Part shown: positions 1 to 11,982 of the stretch, in pieces
Numbering within the stretch: position 1 is the stretch's first letter
How the letters are laid out: each line of letters starts with the position of its first letter
Assembly: GCF_009914755.1 (NCBI RefSeq)
Contig: NC_060934.1
Strand: one strand, 5' to 3'
Origin: the human T2T-CHM13v2.0 reference genome, Homo sapiens
DNA length: 64,000 bases
Notes under the pieces: model-generated
Told to the model about the DNA's origin: nothing
The model's input: the letters and a program-made list of their open reading frames with translations, nothing else
Database searches by the model: none
Made by a program: the position numbers and the translations under genes

Positions 1-743
1 TCTGTGCAATTCTCCCACATGTCTATGAGTAGGGTACTGTTAACCCCAGCACTTGGACACTTTGTATCAAGTCTTACCCAATCCTCTTGACTTAATGAAG
101 AAGAGAGCATAGATGACTATAAAATACCTTTTCTTACTATTCTTCACAGACACACCAGGAGGTGAGTAAAATAAGAGGGATTATAGTCCCTGTTTTCAAG
201 GGGAAATTAAGCCACAGCAAGGCTAAGTGGCCTGGCCAAGGTTGCACTGTCAGGACTTGGAAGCCAGCTCTTCTGATTCCAAATCCAAGTTTCTTTTACC
301 ACTCCTTAGTTTATGATGATATTAAGTGGAAGTTGATGCAAATGGGAGTGGCTGAGTCGTTTATGGGGGCCTGCTCTATGCCAGGGCCTGCAAAACAGTT
401 GAAGGCACCCACAAAGATGAGTAAGATGGATTTCTCTTCCAGTCCAGCTGGAGAGGGTTAGTCAGTCCCTGTGTCAGTCTGTACATCTGTCCGTCACACT
501 CACCGTGGTATAGGTGGTGTATGTCTGAAGGGTAAAGCAGTCAGGGAGGAAGAAGGATCTGGATAGCTCTTCAGCTGAGCTCCACAGCCCCCACCCTGGG
601 AGCCATTCTCTGGTTTATGTCAGTGGAGGCCCTTGTCATGCTATTATGAATGGCTGAGCTGCTCCTGGTGGCTGTGTGGGAAACCTGGCCCTCCCCAGCC
701 TTCCCAGCCAGCAAGGTCATCCATTTCTCTGTGTCTGTCCCAG

Positions 744-919
744 CCCAGCCTATGGAGGCCGCCCGTGCTTAGGGCCCATGTTCGAGTACCAGGTCTGCAA
801 CAGCGAGGAGTGCCCTGGGACCTACGAGGACTTCCGGGCCCAGCAGTGTGCCAAGCGCAACTCGTACTATGTGCACCAGAATGCCAAGCACAGCTGGGTG
901 CCCTACGAGCCTGACGATG
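744..919 (+). CDS. ADAMTS14: ADAMTS14 coding exon (end of TSR1, start of Cys-rich domain)
   Basis: cag|CCCAGCC acceptor, GATG|gtgagt donor; encodes PAYGGRPCLGPMFEYQVCNSEEC...EPDD. Confidence 0.96.
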
Positions 920-1973
920 GTGAGTGGGCCCCACCCCCCTCCCACTCCATGTCCTTAGGCATCTGCGGGGGCTGTGTGTGCCCAGGCAGGGCCTCCTACC
1001 CCTACATACACCAGTGAAGGTGGAGGGACAGTGGGGGTGCCAAAAGGGACACTGAAGTCAGCGGGCTCACCATATACCCTTTTGTAGGCCTGTTCTTGGT
1101 ATACTTCTGGGGTCATCATCCCCATCAAGGCCATCCCTGATTTGTGTACTTATGATGACAGTTTTCTGGCAGATGCAAGGAAAGTGTCTTGAGGAAGGGA
1201 CACTTCACACACAGGTGTTGCCAAGGCCGGCAGCAGTGTTGGCTGTTAGGGTTGCCTGCCTTTCGTCTTCTGTCCCTACCTGCAGGGAGAAGAATTATAT
1301 AGGTGCAGGCACCCTTCCCGTTGCATGACCAGTGTCCTGAGGAGCTCAGTCCTATTACATGCTGTGTTTTTAGGTTTTACTGATTGGGTTGTGGTTTCAG
1401 CAGAGTCGATGAGATGATTTTGGAAGGCACGCAGATAGGATCTGGTGGGATCTTCATAACGACTCTCTAGGCTGCCCTGGGACATACACAGGACTTCTAG
1501 ACTCCTGTAAAGAGTCTGAATTTGGGGACCATAGTGGTGCCAGTTCCCATCTATTTTTGAGTGTTTCCAGTGATGGCTCCATAGCGGCAGAGCATCCAGT
1601 GAAGGGTTGGGATTCGTGGCAAGTCAGAGCCTCGGCTGGAAGAGCCCTCAATGATCCTCTGATTCCAGCTTTCCCCTGCCAGCCTCTCCATGGGTCCTCC
1701 ATGGACAGATGCTCATTCTCCATCACACAACTCTTGGCCCAGACAGCTCCCATCAGGACGGGCTTTCCTCCCTGGAGCCTGGGCTCCACCCCAGAACTGT
1801 CAGCTCTTCAGCTCTGGTCTAGAATGACAGACTCTTCAGGTTGGAAGGGACCTCAGAGGCCTGTCATTGCCAGATTCTTCCAGAGCATCCTTGCAGGGGG
1901 TGTCTTCTCTCTGCTTGGATTCCTCCTACTCTGGGGAGCTCACCACTCCCTTCGCACTGTTGCTGCCCAGAGA

Positions 1974-2246
1974 GCTTCCGTTGCTGCCCAGAGAGCTGCC
2001 TGCCTGGGTCAGGATCCTGCCTGTCCTGGGTTGGAGCTCCCCCAGACCCAGGTCCCTACAGGAATCTGGTTCCTGTGGATGAAATCCAAGGTGGTCTTGG
2101 AGGTTGTGGCTTCCGTTGCTGCCTAGAGAGCTGCCTGCCTGGGTCAGGATCCTGCCTGTCCTGGGTTGGAGCTCCCCCAGACCCAGGTCCCTACAGGAAT
2201 CTGGTTCCTGTGGATGAAATCCAAGGTGGTCTTGGAGGTTGTGGCT
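1974..2246. repeat. 135-bp tandem duplication (2 copies, 1 mismatch), intronic
   Basis: Unit starts gcttccgttgctgcc at 1974 and 2109; the copies differ only at cccag/cctag. Confidence 0.95.
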
Positions 2247-2759
2247 CCAGACTTGAGTCCTTCATGCTGGAGACAAGGAGTTACCAGCTGTGCTGGAGCC
2301 CAGGGACCAGAGCAGAGCCCAAGAGTTTCCTTAGTAATTGGCTGAGGGAATCTTGGTTTGAAAGCCTTCCAGATCCATTCAGAAACCAAACCAGCAGCCA
2401 CAGCGTTGGGGAGAGGAGGGGCTGGGAGGCCCGTGGGGCAGCTGGACTTTGGGTTTTTCCCAGGACTGTTAGACGAATTCCAGGAAGTTAGCTAAGCCCC
2501 CAACTTCCTTTTTTCTAAGAAGCACAGTAAGTGTTTATATATGCTCTGGAACCTCCTTTTTAGGATATCTATAGCCCACATAAAGAAGGAAACATTTAAT
2601 TGTTAGGACCAGAAAGGACTCTCTTTCTCCCTGACTGTTGCTCCATTTTGCAAACCCAGATACAGACCACTTTTCTGCCTTTTTTTCACGCAGCCTTCTA
2701 ATGTTTACAAACATGTTAAGACGCATGTCATACATGTGCACAGTGAAGTTTTGTAGGGG

Positions 2760-3020
2760 TCAGAGCAGGACTCAGGCAAGACTGCTAAGGTTAGAATCCA
2801 GGCTGAACCACTTATCGTGTGGTTGTGTGGACTTGAGCAAGTTCCTTAACCTCTCTGGTCCTCAATTTCCTCCTCTGTAATGCTAGCACCTACCTCATTG
2901 AGGTGTTGAGAGGGTTAAATGAGTTAATTCATGAAAAGCCATTAAAGCTGTATTTTAAGGGCATGTGAAGGTTTTAGAAATATCTAGTACATAGTAAGCA
3001 TTCACTAAGCATTGGCTTAT
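2760..3020. mobile_element. MIR SINE
   Basis: Core motif ttgagcaagttccttaacctctctggtcctcaatttcctcctctgtaa...gagggttaaatgagttaat. Confidence 0.7.
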
Positions 3021-3304
3021 TATTACTTTATCACTTGATTTTTCTCAATAAGCCGATGTGGCATTTTACTGATTAGGGATAATAAAAATAGGGAACAAAG
3101 GCTGGGAGAGGTCAGAGCATTTACCCAAGGTCACATGGCTAATAAGTGACACAGCAGGGATTTTCAGCCCCCGTGCCACACCCAGTGCTCCCCCAACTGT
3201 CCAGAGCTGGCCCCGGAGCTTTCTGGCTGGACCACATACTGATCTGTCCTGGGCCACTTTCTCTGAGCCCAGCTGGGGACTCAGCATAGTCCCTCTCCCT
3301 ACAG

Positions 3305-3438
3305 ACGCCCAGAAGTGTGAGCTGATCTGCCAGTCGGCGGACACAGGGGACGTGGTGTTCATGAACCAGGTGGTTCACGATGGGACACGCTGCAGCTACC
3401 GGGACCCATACAGCGTCTGTGCGCGTGGCGAGTGTGTG
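3305..3438 (+). CDS. ADAMTS14: ADAMTS14 coding exon (Cys-rich domain)
   Basis: acag|AC acceptor, GTG|gtggg donor; (D)AQKCELICQSADTGDVVFMNQVVHDGTRC...GECV; phase matches previous exon. Confidence 0.96.
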
Positions 3439-3822
3439 GTGGGTGCACCCCCAGCCACCCCGACTACCGGCACAGGGAGACTGGAGGGCTGCACTGTAGC
3501 CCCTCCTGCCTGGGAAGATGAGCATTGCCTCACCGGCCCACTTGCAACACCCTGTTGGTCCTCAGCATAGCCCTGGGGTGCTGGAAGGGGCTAATTATTG
3601 CTCAGCCCCATTGGAGGGGAGAGGAGATGGCAAGAATCCTCATCACGCCGGGTGTAAGACCTCACCCAGGTCCCACGGTGAATTCGTGCCAGAATCCTGT
3701 CCAGGGACATCTCCCAGGCCAGAGGTCTTCTCCTGACCAGGGCCTGGGGATGGGAATGGGAGCCCCGGGGTGGCGGTGGGGGCAGGGGAGCCTCCTCCCA
3801 CTGACCTCACCTCTGGCCTCAG

Positions 3823-3946
3823 CCTGTCGGCTGTGACAAGGAGGTGGGGTCCATGAAGGCGGATGACAAGTGTGGAGTCTGCGGGGGTGACAACTCCCAC
3901 TGCAGGACTGTGAAGGGGACGCTGGGCAAGGCCTCCAAGCAGGCAG
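3823..3946 (+). CDS. ADAMTS14: ADAMTS14 coding exon (Cys-rich domain end)
   Basis: tcag|CCT acceptor, GCAG|gtgag donor; [27 protein letters not shown], the typical [14 protein letters not shown] motif. Confidence 0.96.
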
Positions 3947-4982
3947 GTGAGCCGGGCTGGGGCTGGGGGGATGACGAGGGCTGACTGGAGTTCTTGCCGT
4001 CCCTCAGGGGGCCCTCCCTCCTTGAACTGTGCCACAGTCTGGGGTGGGGAGAAGGGGCCCTGGGGCCCATCTCCAGGCCTTCCTGGGCTGCCCAGGCTGG
4101 TGAGCCAGGTGCTGCAGCCAGTCACCTCACCTTTCAGGCAAGCTCCTCCCTGAGTTTGGGGCCCAGGAGCTCCAAGAGACATTTTCCCGCTAGGTAAAGT
4201 TTTGTGATGGGAGCTCGGCCATCCCTTGGACCTTGGGACTATTGGTGGGTGGGAGGCATCAGACAGATCTAAAGGTGTAGCCAAGACTGGACTGATAATT
4301 TTCTTTTCCTCTCTCCTTCCTCATTTTTTTTTAAACCTGCGGCACTTTCTGCTTTGAATTCCTGGTATCTTTGAGTTCCTTGACTTTCCTCTCTACCTCC
4401 AATCTGACCAGACTTGCTGTGGAAAAGAACCAGATATCAGTCCTTCACACTTTAGTATAAATGGGGCCTATTTTCCCTTGGGAGATGTTACACTTTGTCT
4501 CACCTTTGATTGTTGGGGACAAGGTTGGTGGCTCTGAGAAAGTCCAGGCCTTGGGTCGGGAGGGCCAGGGCGGCTCAGGACAGTCATGTGGAGTCTTCAT
4601 GGCCTTTATCATTTAAATCCCATCAGTAGCAAGTAGCTTAAGGTGTGAGAAGAAGCAGGGAGAGAGAGTCAGAGGAGCAAAAAGGGACGGGGGGAAGGGC
4701 AGAAGTGAGACGGAGAGGAAGAGGGTCAGGAAAGAGGGAAGTAATAGCAGCTCTCACACACACAGAGGCCCTTAGAGTTTACAGGACATGTCTCATTCGA
4801 TCCTCCCAGCACCCTCATGGAGAAGGTCTCATCCTCAGTTTACAAATGAGGATACAGAGATTCAGAGAGGTTCTGTGATCAAATGAGATGTTCCTGGGTG
4901 CCCAGTGAGGGAGTGGGGGACGCTGGGCAGTGGGACCACCAGCTTAGGATGCTCACGACTTCTGGATCCCTGTGTGTGGCAG

Positions 4983-5063
4983 GAGCTCTCAAGCTGGTGC
5001 AGATCCCAGCAGGTGCCAGGCACATCCAGATTGAGGCACTGGAGAAGTCCCCCCACCGCATTG
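4983..5063 (+). CDS. ADAMTS14: ADAMTS14 coding exon (spacer)
   Basis: gcag|GA acceptor, ATTG|gtgag donor; ALKLVQIPAGARHIQIEALEKSPHRI. Confidence 0.95.
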
Positions 5064-5397
5064 GTGAGTGCTGGGGTGCTGGGAGGGGACAGCAGGGCCC
5101 CAGGCCCTGCCCTCTGACTTGGGGGAGCTGGGAGACCAGAGGACAAGATTCTAGTACAAGTGGAATTGTACTAACTGGAGTAATGGGCAGAGACCCCCTT
5201 TTCATTTTATTTTAAATTTATGCTGCATGGGTAACCCATTCCATGGTTTACATTTCAGAAGGTCTCAAAGGGGACCTAGTAAAGAGTCCCCTTTCTACCC
5301 CTGTACCCTGGGGGCGGTTTTCTTCCCTAAGGGCAACTACTGTTAATAATTTCTTGTGCACATAGATGGCTGTTAAAGGAAAGCCATGTTCACAGAG

Positions 5398-5893
5398 TGT
5401 ATCAGTCAGCTTTTGCTGCCTAACACACCACTCCAAAACTTAGTGGCTTCAAACAAGAATAATTCTTAGCTCACGGTCCTATGGGTCATCAGTTTGGGCT
5501 GGGCTCTGTGGGGTGGTTCTTCTACTTATCTTCTTGGACCAAGTCATGCAGATGCCCTCAGCTGGTAGGTCTCTGGGAGCTGGTTGGTCTAGGATGGCCT
5601 CGCTCACATGTCTGGTGGTTGGTACTGGCTGTCAGCTGGGGTCATGGAGGTGGCAGGGCTGTGTCCTCAACAGGCTAACCCAGTGTTATTCACATTATAT
5701 CTGTCACATAGTCCTCAGGAATGGCTTGTGTCATGTTTTCTAGCGTCCCATTAGTCCAAATCACATAGACAAGCCCAGATTTAAGGGGTAGAAACATAGA
5801 CTAGCTCTTGATGGTAGAAGTGGTGAAGTTACTGTGCAAAGCAGCATGCATAGAGGAATAGGAGGAATGTAGAGGCATTCTGCAGTCTACCAC
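5398..5893. mobile_element. MLT1-type MaLR solo LTR
   Basis: TG...CA ends (tgtatcagtcagc...ctaccaca); ccaaaacttagtggcttcaaacaa and gggtcatcagtttgggctgggct motifs. Confidence 0.7.
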
Positions 5894-6109
5894 ACAGGCC
5901 CTTACATTATTCTCATTATAATCATACTTAAACACCAAGCCACTAAATGAGGTGACACCCTTGTGCTTGTAACAGTTATCTAACTATGAAGCTAGGCTCG
6001 ATTAAAAATGAGAATACCACAATAAGTTAATAAATTTAAATTAAGGCCATTAATATAATATGAGTGATGTTTTGTTTCGTTTTTGCTGAAACTAAATTGG
6101 CTGTCAAAA

Positions 6110-6560
6110 AATGGACATGTCCAGAGAGGCAAATCCACAGACAGAGAGAGAATAGATCAGTGGCTGCCAGGGGCTGGGGAAGGAAAGAGGCATGACGGCT
6201 AATGGGTATCAGGTTTCTTTTTGGGGCGATGAAAATGTTCTGGAATTAGACAGTGGCAATGGCTGAATCTACTTAAAAATCAGGGCAGGCGCAGCGGCTC
6301 ACGCCTGTAATCCCAACACTTTGGGAGGCCAAGGTGGGTGGATCGCTTGAGCTCAGAAGTTTGAGATCAGCCTGGGGAACATGGTGAAATCCCATCTCTA
6401 CAAAAATAAAAAATAAACAATCAGCTAGGCGTGGTGGTGCATGCCTGTAGTCCTAAGCTAGTTGGGGGACTGAGGCAGGAGCGTCTCAAAAAAAATTTTT
6501 TTTTCACTGAATTGTACACCTTATTCGAGTGAGTTGTATGGCATGTGAATTATATCTCGG
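6110..6560 (+). mobile_element. Old L1M 3'-end fragment interrupted by an Alu (6284-6500) whose right arm is internally deleted
   Basis: gtggctgccaggggctgggga...gatgaaaatgttctggaattaga L1M motifs; the Alu jumps from gaggcagga to gcgtctcaaaa. Confidence 0.75.
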
Positions 6561-9365
6561 TTCAAACCCTGTGAGCCTGGTTCAGAGCAGGGTCCCGGTG
6601 GCAAGTGGGCAGAAGGCTGCTTCTCCCACACTGGGCAGTGGTGTCTGTGTTCAGACCCCTTTGCAGAGGACGTGCAGGCCACAATGTCCCCTTGAAATGT
6701 CACAGAGGCCCCTCTTACCTATTACGTCTGCCAAGTCACACTGCTTGGTGCCAATTTCATCATAAATGGAAAAACAAAACACATATCTCTTGGCAGGCTC
6801 ACATCACACACAAATGCTGCCATTCATATTTTTAGATTATCATCAAAATAGCAATTTGTAAATACCTTCAAAGTTTCCTGGATAACTTGCATTTCCTGGA
6901 GAATGCATCTGCATTGGCACCTCCCCTTAACACAGCTCCAGTGGGCTCCTAAACTTCTATTATTGAAGGCATCTGAAAGGGCATTGTCCCATCAGGCCAT
7001 AGGCACAAGGGGAAACTGAAACCCAAAGTGGATTGGGGGCCTCTGTATGCCCTGATTCATCCATGAGGAGTATGGGCAGAGCCAGTCTGGGCCCAGGTCT
7101 CCTGCCTCTCAGCCCTGTTCCCTTGCCAGCCATGCCACTCTACCACAGCGAGCCCAGGTTAGAGGACATTGGTTCAGGCAAGTCCTGCCTGCTGTGCCTG
7201 CCTGGCTGTGGGGAATGTGCTGGAATTAGGGGCCGGGGGAGGGAAGGGGCAAGGAGAGAAGGGACATCTATTCCAAGAAGAGGTGGAGCTCACGGACACT
7301 GCATCCCCAGGGGATGATTTCAGAACATTAGCAGCCCCTTCCACCCTCTGCTGTCTCCAGAAATCTAGTTCTTCGATCCCCAGGGAAGAACTAGTCTTCT
7401 GTGGAGGTCATGGCAGAGGCTGCTAGCATCCGGGGCAGGCCGAGTGCGGGCTTGCTTGCCTGTTTGTCGGGTGAGTTCCCTGAAAGGTTAGAGTTTTCCG
7501 GGGAGCCTGGTGGGGAGAGCGAAGCAGGGGCGGCCCAGGAGCTGAACTCTGAAGTTGGCACAGGTTGTGTGATTATACAGGTGTGAGGTGCACAGTGGCC
7601 TTCAGTGAAAACGTGTGAATATGTGTGTGTGAGTGTGTGCATGCACGTGCATGCACGTGTAGGGGTGTGTGTACCCAACAGGATATGTAGAGGCCCAGGA
7701 CAGGTGGCAGCCCTGGCGATGAAGGGAGAGGCTCTGTCCATTGTCATTAGACTCTCCTGGAATTGGGGACATGGGGTCTTTGAAAGGAAGTGTAGGGAAG
7801 AGAAGGAGAACTCATGCTGTTAATATCTCCCATGCGCTGGGCCATGAGCTGCCACTTTTCATGCGTATGTTTAGTAAGCCTCATGGCCATCTATGAATAT
7901 TGTTTTCCCGCTTTGCAGTTAAAGGAAACTGAGGCTCAGAGAGAGGTTAGATACAGAACAGGTCAGTGGTGGAGCCTGGATTCGGGACTGGGTCTGGACA
8001 GTGGAGAGTTTATGGTGGTCCACCCCCAACGGTCTGGAATGAGGGGTGCATAATCAGGGCTCTGCTACAGTGAGGTGCAGGCACAGTCAAAGGCAATGGG
8101 AGAACTGGAGGCTGCACCTGGCCTGAGGAGCTGCCCAGCCTTAGCTTAGACAGTCTGGAGCTGCTGGGGACTGAGAGCGATCAGGGAACCTGAGGGAGAG
8201 GCCTGGGTGGGCAGGAGGCGAGGGGCATCTCTCCAGCAGCCTCCCAGGAAGGGGCGAGGCTCTTCTTTTTCCACCCCTCTTCCCCACCCTCACCCTGCCC
8301 CTACATTGCTCCTGTCTCTCTGGGTGCCTGGGCTCTGGCCCAGCTCCAACTGTTGCCCACTGTGTGTCCAGGACACTGTGTGTCTAGGAGTCTCCAATTC
8401 CCCATCTGTATTAACAATAGCCCAGCCCTTAGGATGTATTTAAGGATTGAACTGAAGCAGTTGGCAGAGTGACTGGCACATAGTTAGTGTTCTCGGATCC
8501 TTAGCTCTTATATGACAGTTATGACCATTTAAATCTGTCCCAGGTGGGAGCTCTGTGGGCCCTTCCACCTGGACACCCCAAGGCTCTGGAGCCTTTGCCC
8601 TCCCTACTTGGCTAAGGTGCTTGGGTCTCAGGCTGCTGGGCCCTAGGAAGTCCAGGGTGGCCAAAGGTACCACTCAGGGGCCTTGGCCAGGTGTTGGCAT
8701 CTACATGTCTCCCACCCACCTGCCTCCCGGGGTCTTTTGGTAATAAGTTGTGAGTTACTCACTGACTGGGACATTAAGGGGTAGAAATTTATGGATTTTT
8801 AAAATCTCTGCCTCTGTTCCAGGCCCTGTGCTGGGCTGAGGGCACCAAGATGGAGATAAGCCAACAGGCCGCTGGGAGAGGTGTGGCATCTGCAATCACA
8901 GCAGTGCCAAAAGTCCAGTACTTTTCTGGTGGTCTAGCGATAGTGCCCACTGCGCATCACTACTTGCCAAGCTGGCTATGTTTATGAACTCTTCTCGTTG
9001 TCCTGAGAGCCTCAGTCGTGGGGCGCGGGGATTTCTATCATCCTCCTGGGGCAGCAGCAGCCCTGCGAACTGGGTACAATTATCATTCCCATTCTACAGA
9101 TGGTGAAACTGAGGCAGCACAGTGGGGCTGAGTAGTTTCCTCACCATCAATCCGACTCCAGAGTCTGTACTCTCAGCCTCTATGCTCTGCTATAGAAATT
9201 CTAGGGAGGGCAGAATCCCTGAGGACTGGGCAACCAAAGAAGACTCCCTGGAGGAGAGGAGATTATGCTGAGCCTCAACCATGGGTAGAGGTTAGTTAGG
9301 CAGGAAGAAAGGAAGGCAGTAAAGGTGGGAGGAATGGTGTGCACTAGGATCCAGAGGCAGCAAGA

Positions 9366-9396
<31 letters not shown>

Positions 9397-9402
9397 CACG
9401 TG
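9366..9402. repeat. (TG)12(CG)4 microsatellite
   Basis: Directly visible. Confidence 0.95.
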
Positions 9403-9576
9403 GGTTTGACAGGGAGCGTGTTGACCTGTCTGACTCGGGAGGGCTTGGGTGGGAAGGAAAGGCCGGTGGACAGGAGCCCAGAAGGCTCACTGGGAAGGCC
9501 TTGAATTTCATATTCATGGCCCGCCCCCTGTGGAGAGGAGCAGAAATCTGTGTGACCCTCTCCCCCCACCGGTCAG

Positions 9577-9740
9577 TGGTGAAGAACCAGGTCACCGGCA
9601 GCTTCATCCTCAACCCCAAGGGCAAGGAAGCCACAAGCCGGACCTTCACCGCCATGGGCCTGGAGTGGGAGGATGCGGTGGAGGATGCCAAGGAAAGCCT
9701 CAAGACCAGCGGGCCCCTGCCTGAAGCCATTGCCATCCTG
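9577..9740 (+). CDS. ADAMTS14: ADAMTS14 coding exon (spacer)
   Basis: tcag|TG acceptor, CTG|gtgag donor; VKNQVTGSFILN...SGPLPEAIAIL. Confidence 0.95.
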
Positions 9741-10437
9741 GTGAGCCCCACTCTGTGCGGTGGCAACCCCTGCCCACCCCACTTGTCCCCTTAGCTCGCT
9801 ACATCTGCTGCCAAGCCAGCGTGACACCATTCTGGTGTCTTTAGGAGCCTGGGCAAGGGCAAGGCACCTTCCATCCTGGGATTAGCTCCTCATTTGTGCT
9901 TAAAAGCCTGCAGGATGGCAAGTGAGGAGAGATAAAGACAGTTGTCTCCTCACTGTCAGACCCCAGATGTTACATGCAGGGAGCCTGCTCTCTTTAAGGC
10001 AGTCTTGGAAATGGAGCCTGGAGGGAGGTTGGACAGGGCTGGGTCATCCTGGCATAATCCCACATCTGTGTGCATCATAGCATGGCTGGCAAGGGAGTCC
10101 AGGAGCAGCTTCCTCGGGCCTTTAATGCAGCTGATCCAGGAGCTCCAGCCTCCTGAAAAGGGGACAAGAGCCTGACTGGGGCACATCTCTGCCCATACCC
10201 CCCTTCCTAGAGCATGGGCCAGGGCTTGTGGAATAGGGATTAACCCAGCAGACGAGACCATGAGGAGTTCTGTCCATGGTGCCCTCAGCACTGGCTGGTG
10301 GCAGGGTTACCTTGGATGGGCTTTGTTCCTGGTGTCACCCTCACCAGCTGGGGGGCTCCTGGAGGACAGGCTCTGTGGCCTATTGGTGTCAGCATATCAA
10401 TTCAATCCAGCATATACTTTTGACTCACCTTATATTT

Positions 10438-10855
10438 GTTGACAACCCATACATCTATGGCCAGGTGATTTTCAACAAGTGTACCAAGGCCATTCAATGG
10501 GGAAAGAATAGTCTCTTCAAAATATGGTGCCGGGACACCTGGATGTCTACATGCAAAAGAATGAAGTTCTACCCCTTCCTCACACCATACACAAATATTA
10601 ACTCAAAATAGATCAAAGACCTAGATATAAGAGCTTAAACCATACAACTCTTAGAAAAGAACAGAGGGGCAAATCTTTATGACCTTAGATTCTTAGATAC
10701 GACAGGCACTAAAAGCATACACAGCAAAAGAAAAAATAGATAAATTGGACTTCATCAAGATTGAAAACTTAAGTGCATCAAAAGACATTATCAAGGAAAG
10801 GAAAAGACCACCTGCAGAATGGGGGAAAATACTTGCAAGTCATATATTTGATGAG
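10438..10855 (+). mobile_element. L1M ORF2 fragment
   Basis: NPYIYGQVIFNK...IQWGKNSLF..WC..TWMSTCKRMK..PFLTPYTNINSK is L1 ORF2 C-terminal homology. Confidence 0.9.
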
Positions 10856-11232
10856 GGTCAGTATCCGAACCATTCTTGTTAACTGCCTTCTAGAGCCAGG
10901 CAGTGTGGATGCTGCAGTGAGCAGAACAGACAGACAGACAGCCAGCCCTGCCCTCCCATCAGAACTGAGGTCTATGAAAGGGAAGAGCATTCCTAGGTGC
11001 AGTGGCTGCCCTTGGGCCTGGCACACAGCAGGTATCCAGCCTGAGTTTGTCCTATGACAGCTGGTCTGAATCCAACCCCCTACCATACCCCAGCCATGCT
11101 GGGCACAACCTCATCCTAGCTTTCACAGGTTCTGCTCCGACCCTAAGGCCTTCTCTTCGGCCCCTCCCCTCCCAGTGCATGCCGCCCTTGCTTCTTTCTC
11201 TGGTCCTGTGCCAGCTCCCCATCTCCCCTCAG

Positions 11233-11401
11233 GCTCTCCCCCCAACTGAGGGTGGCCCCCGCAGCAGCCTGGCCTACAAGTACGTCATCCATGAGGACCT
11301 GCTGCCCCTTATCGGGAGCAACAATGTGCTCCTGGAGGAGATGGACACCTATGAGTGGGCGCTCAAGAGCTGGGCCCCCTGCAGCAAGGCCTGTGGAGGA
11401 G
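11233..11401 (+). CDS. ADAMTS14: ADAMTS14 coding exon (spacer end, TSR2 start)
   Basis: tcag|GCT acceptor, GGAG|gtacc donor; ALPPTEGG...[17 protein letters not shown]. Confidence 0.95.
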
Positions 11402-11849
11402 GTACCGGTTCCCTGACCCGCCAGTGCTTTGTTGGGGCAGCCCAGGATCCCTTGAGAGGCAGGGGTGGGGGACTGATGTTGTCTCCATTTGATGTGTCCT
11501 TGCTTATGACTCAGTTTCTCCTTGAAGATCTCCAGTGTGTGGAAGCCCGTTTTGGGCAGGGCCTTTGGGATGAGGCTGGGGGTGCTAGAGCCATATCCGG
11601 GCAGAGCTTCTACCCTAAAAGAGCTCACCCACTGTGGAGACAGACAGCTGTCCAGAGCCACCTTCTTACCAGCGAGATGGAGCTGATCAGGAAGGCGTCC
11701 CTCAGAAAGTGACGTGGGCAGGCGGGGGCATAGGCAGAGGGAGGTGGGATTGGCCCACAAGGCTCTCCACAGGTACCGCCCCTGAGGCCCCACCAGGGCA
11801 ATGGGGGGCCTGGCTGGACTAGGCCCACGGCAGCCTGCCCACCCCATAG

Positions 11850-11982
11850 GGATCCAGTTCACCAAATACGGCTGCCGGCGCAGACGAGACCACCACATGG
11901 TGCAGCGACACCTGTGTGACCACAAGAAGAGGCCCAAGCCCATCCGCCGGCGCTGCAACCAGCACCCGTGCTCTCAGCCTGT
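11850..11982 (+). CDS. ADAMTS14: ADAMTS14 coding exon (TSR2)
   Basis: atag|GG acceptor, CCTGT|gtgagt donor; [17 protein letters not shown]...CNQHPCSQP. Confidence 0.95.

Noticed and set aside
1557-2491. 189-aa and 216-aa ORFs, the latter with an internal repeat
   Set aside because: Non-ATG starts; the repeat is the 135-bp intronic duplication read in frame
3748-3975. G-run / G-quadruplex motifs flanking an exon
   Set aside because: G-triplets are ubiquitous in GC-rich introns; nothing specific is supportable
11143-11958. 271-aa antisense ORF (also 3643..4284 and 21517..22083)
   Set aside because: GC-rich shadow ORFs over exons or UTR with no recognisable domain
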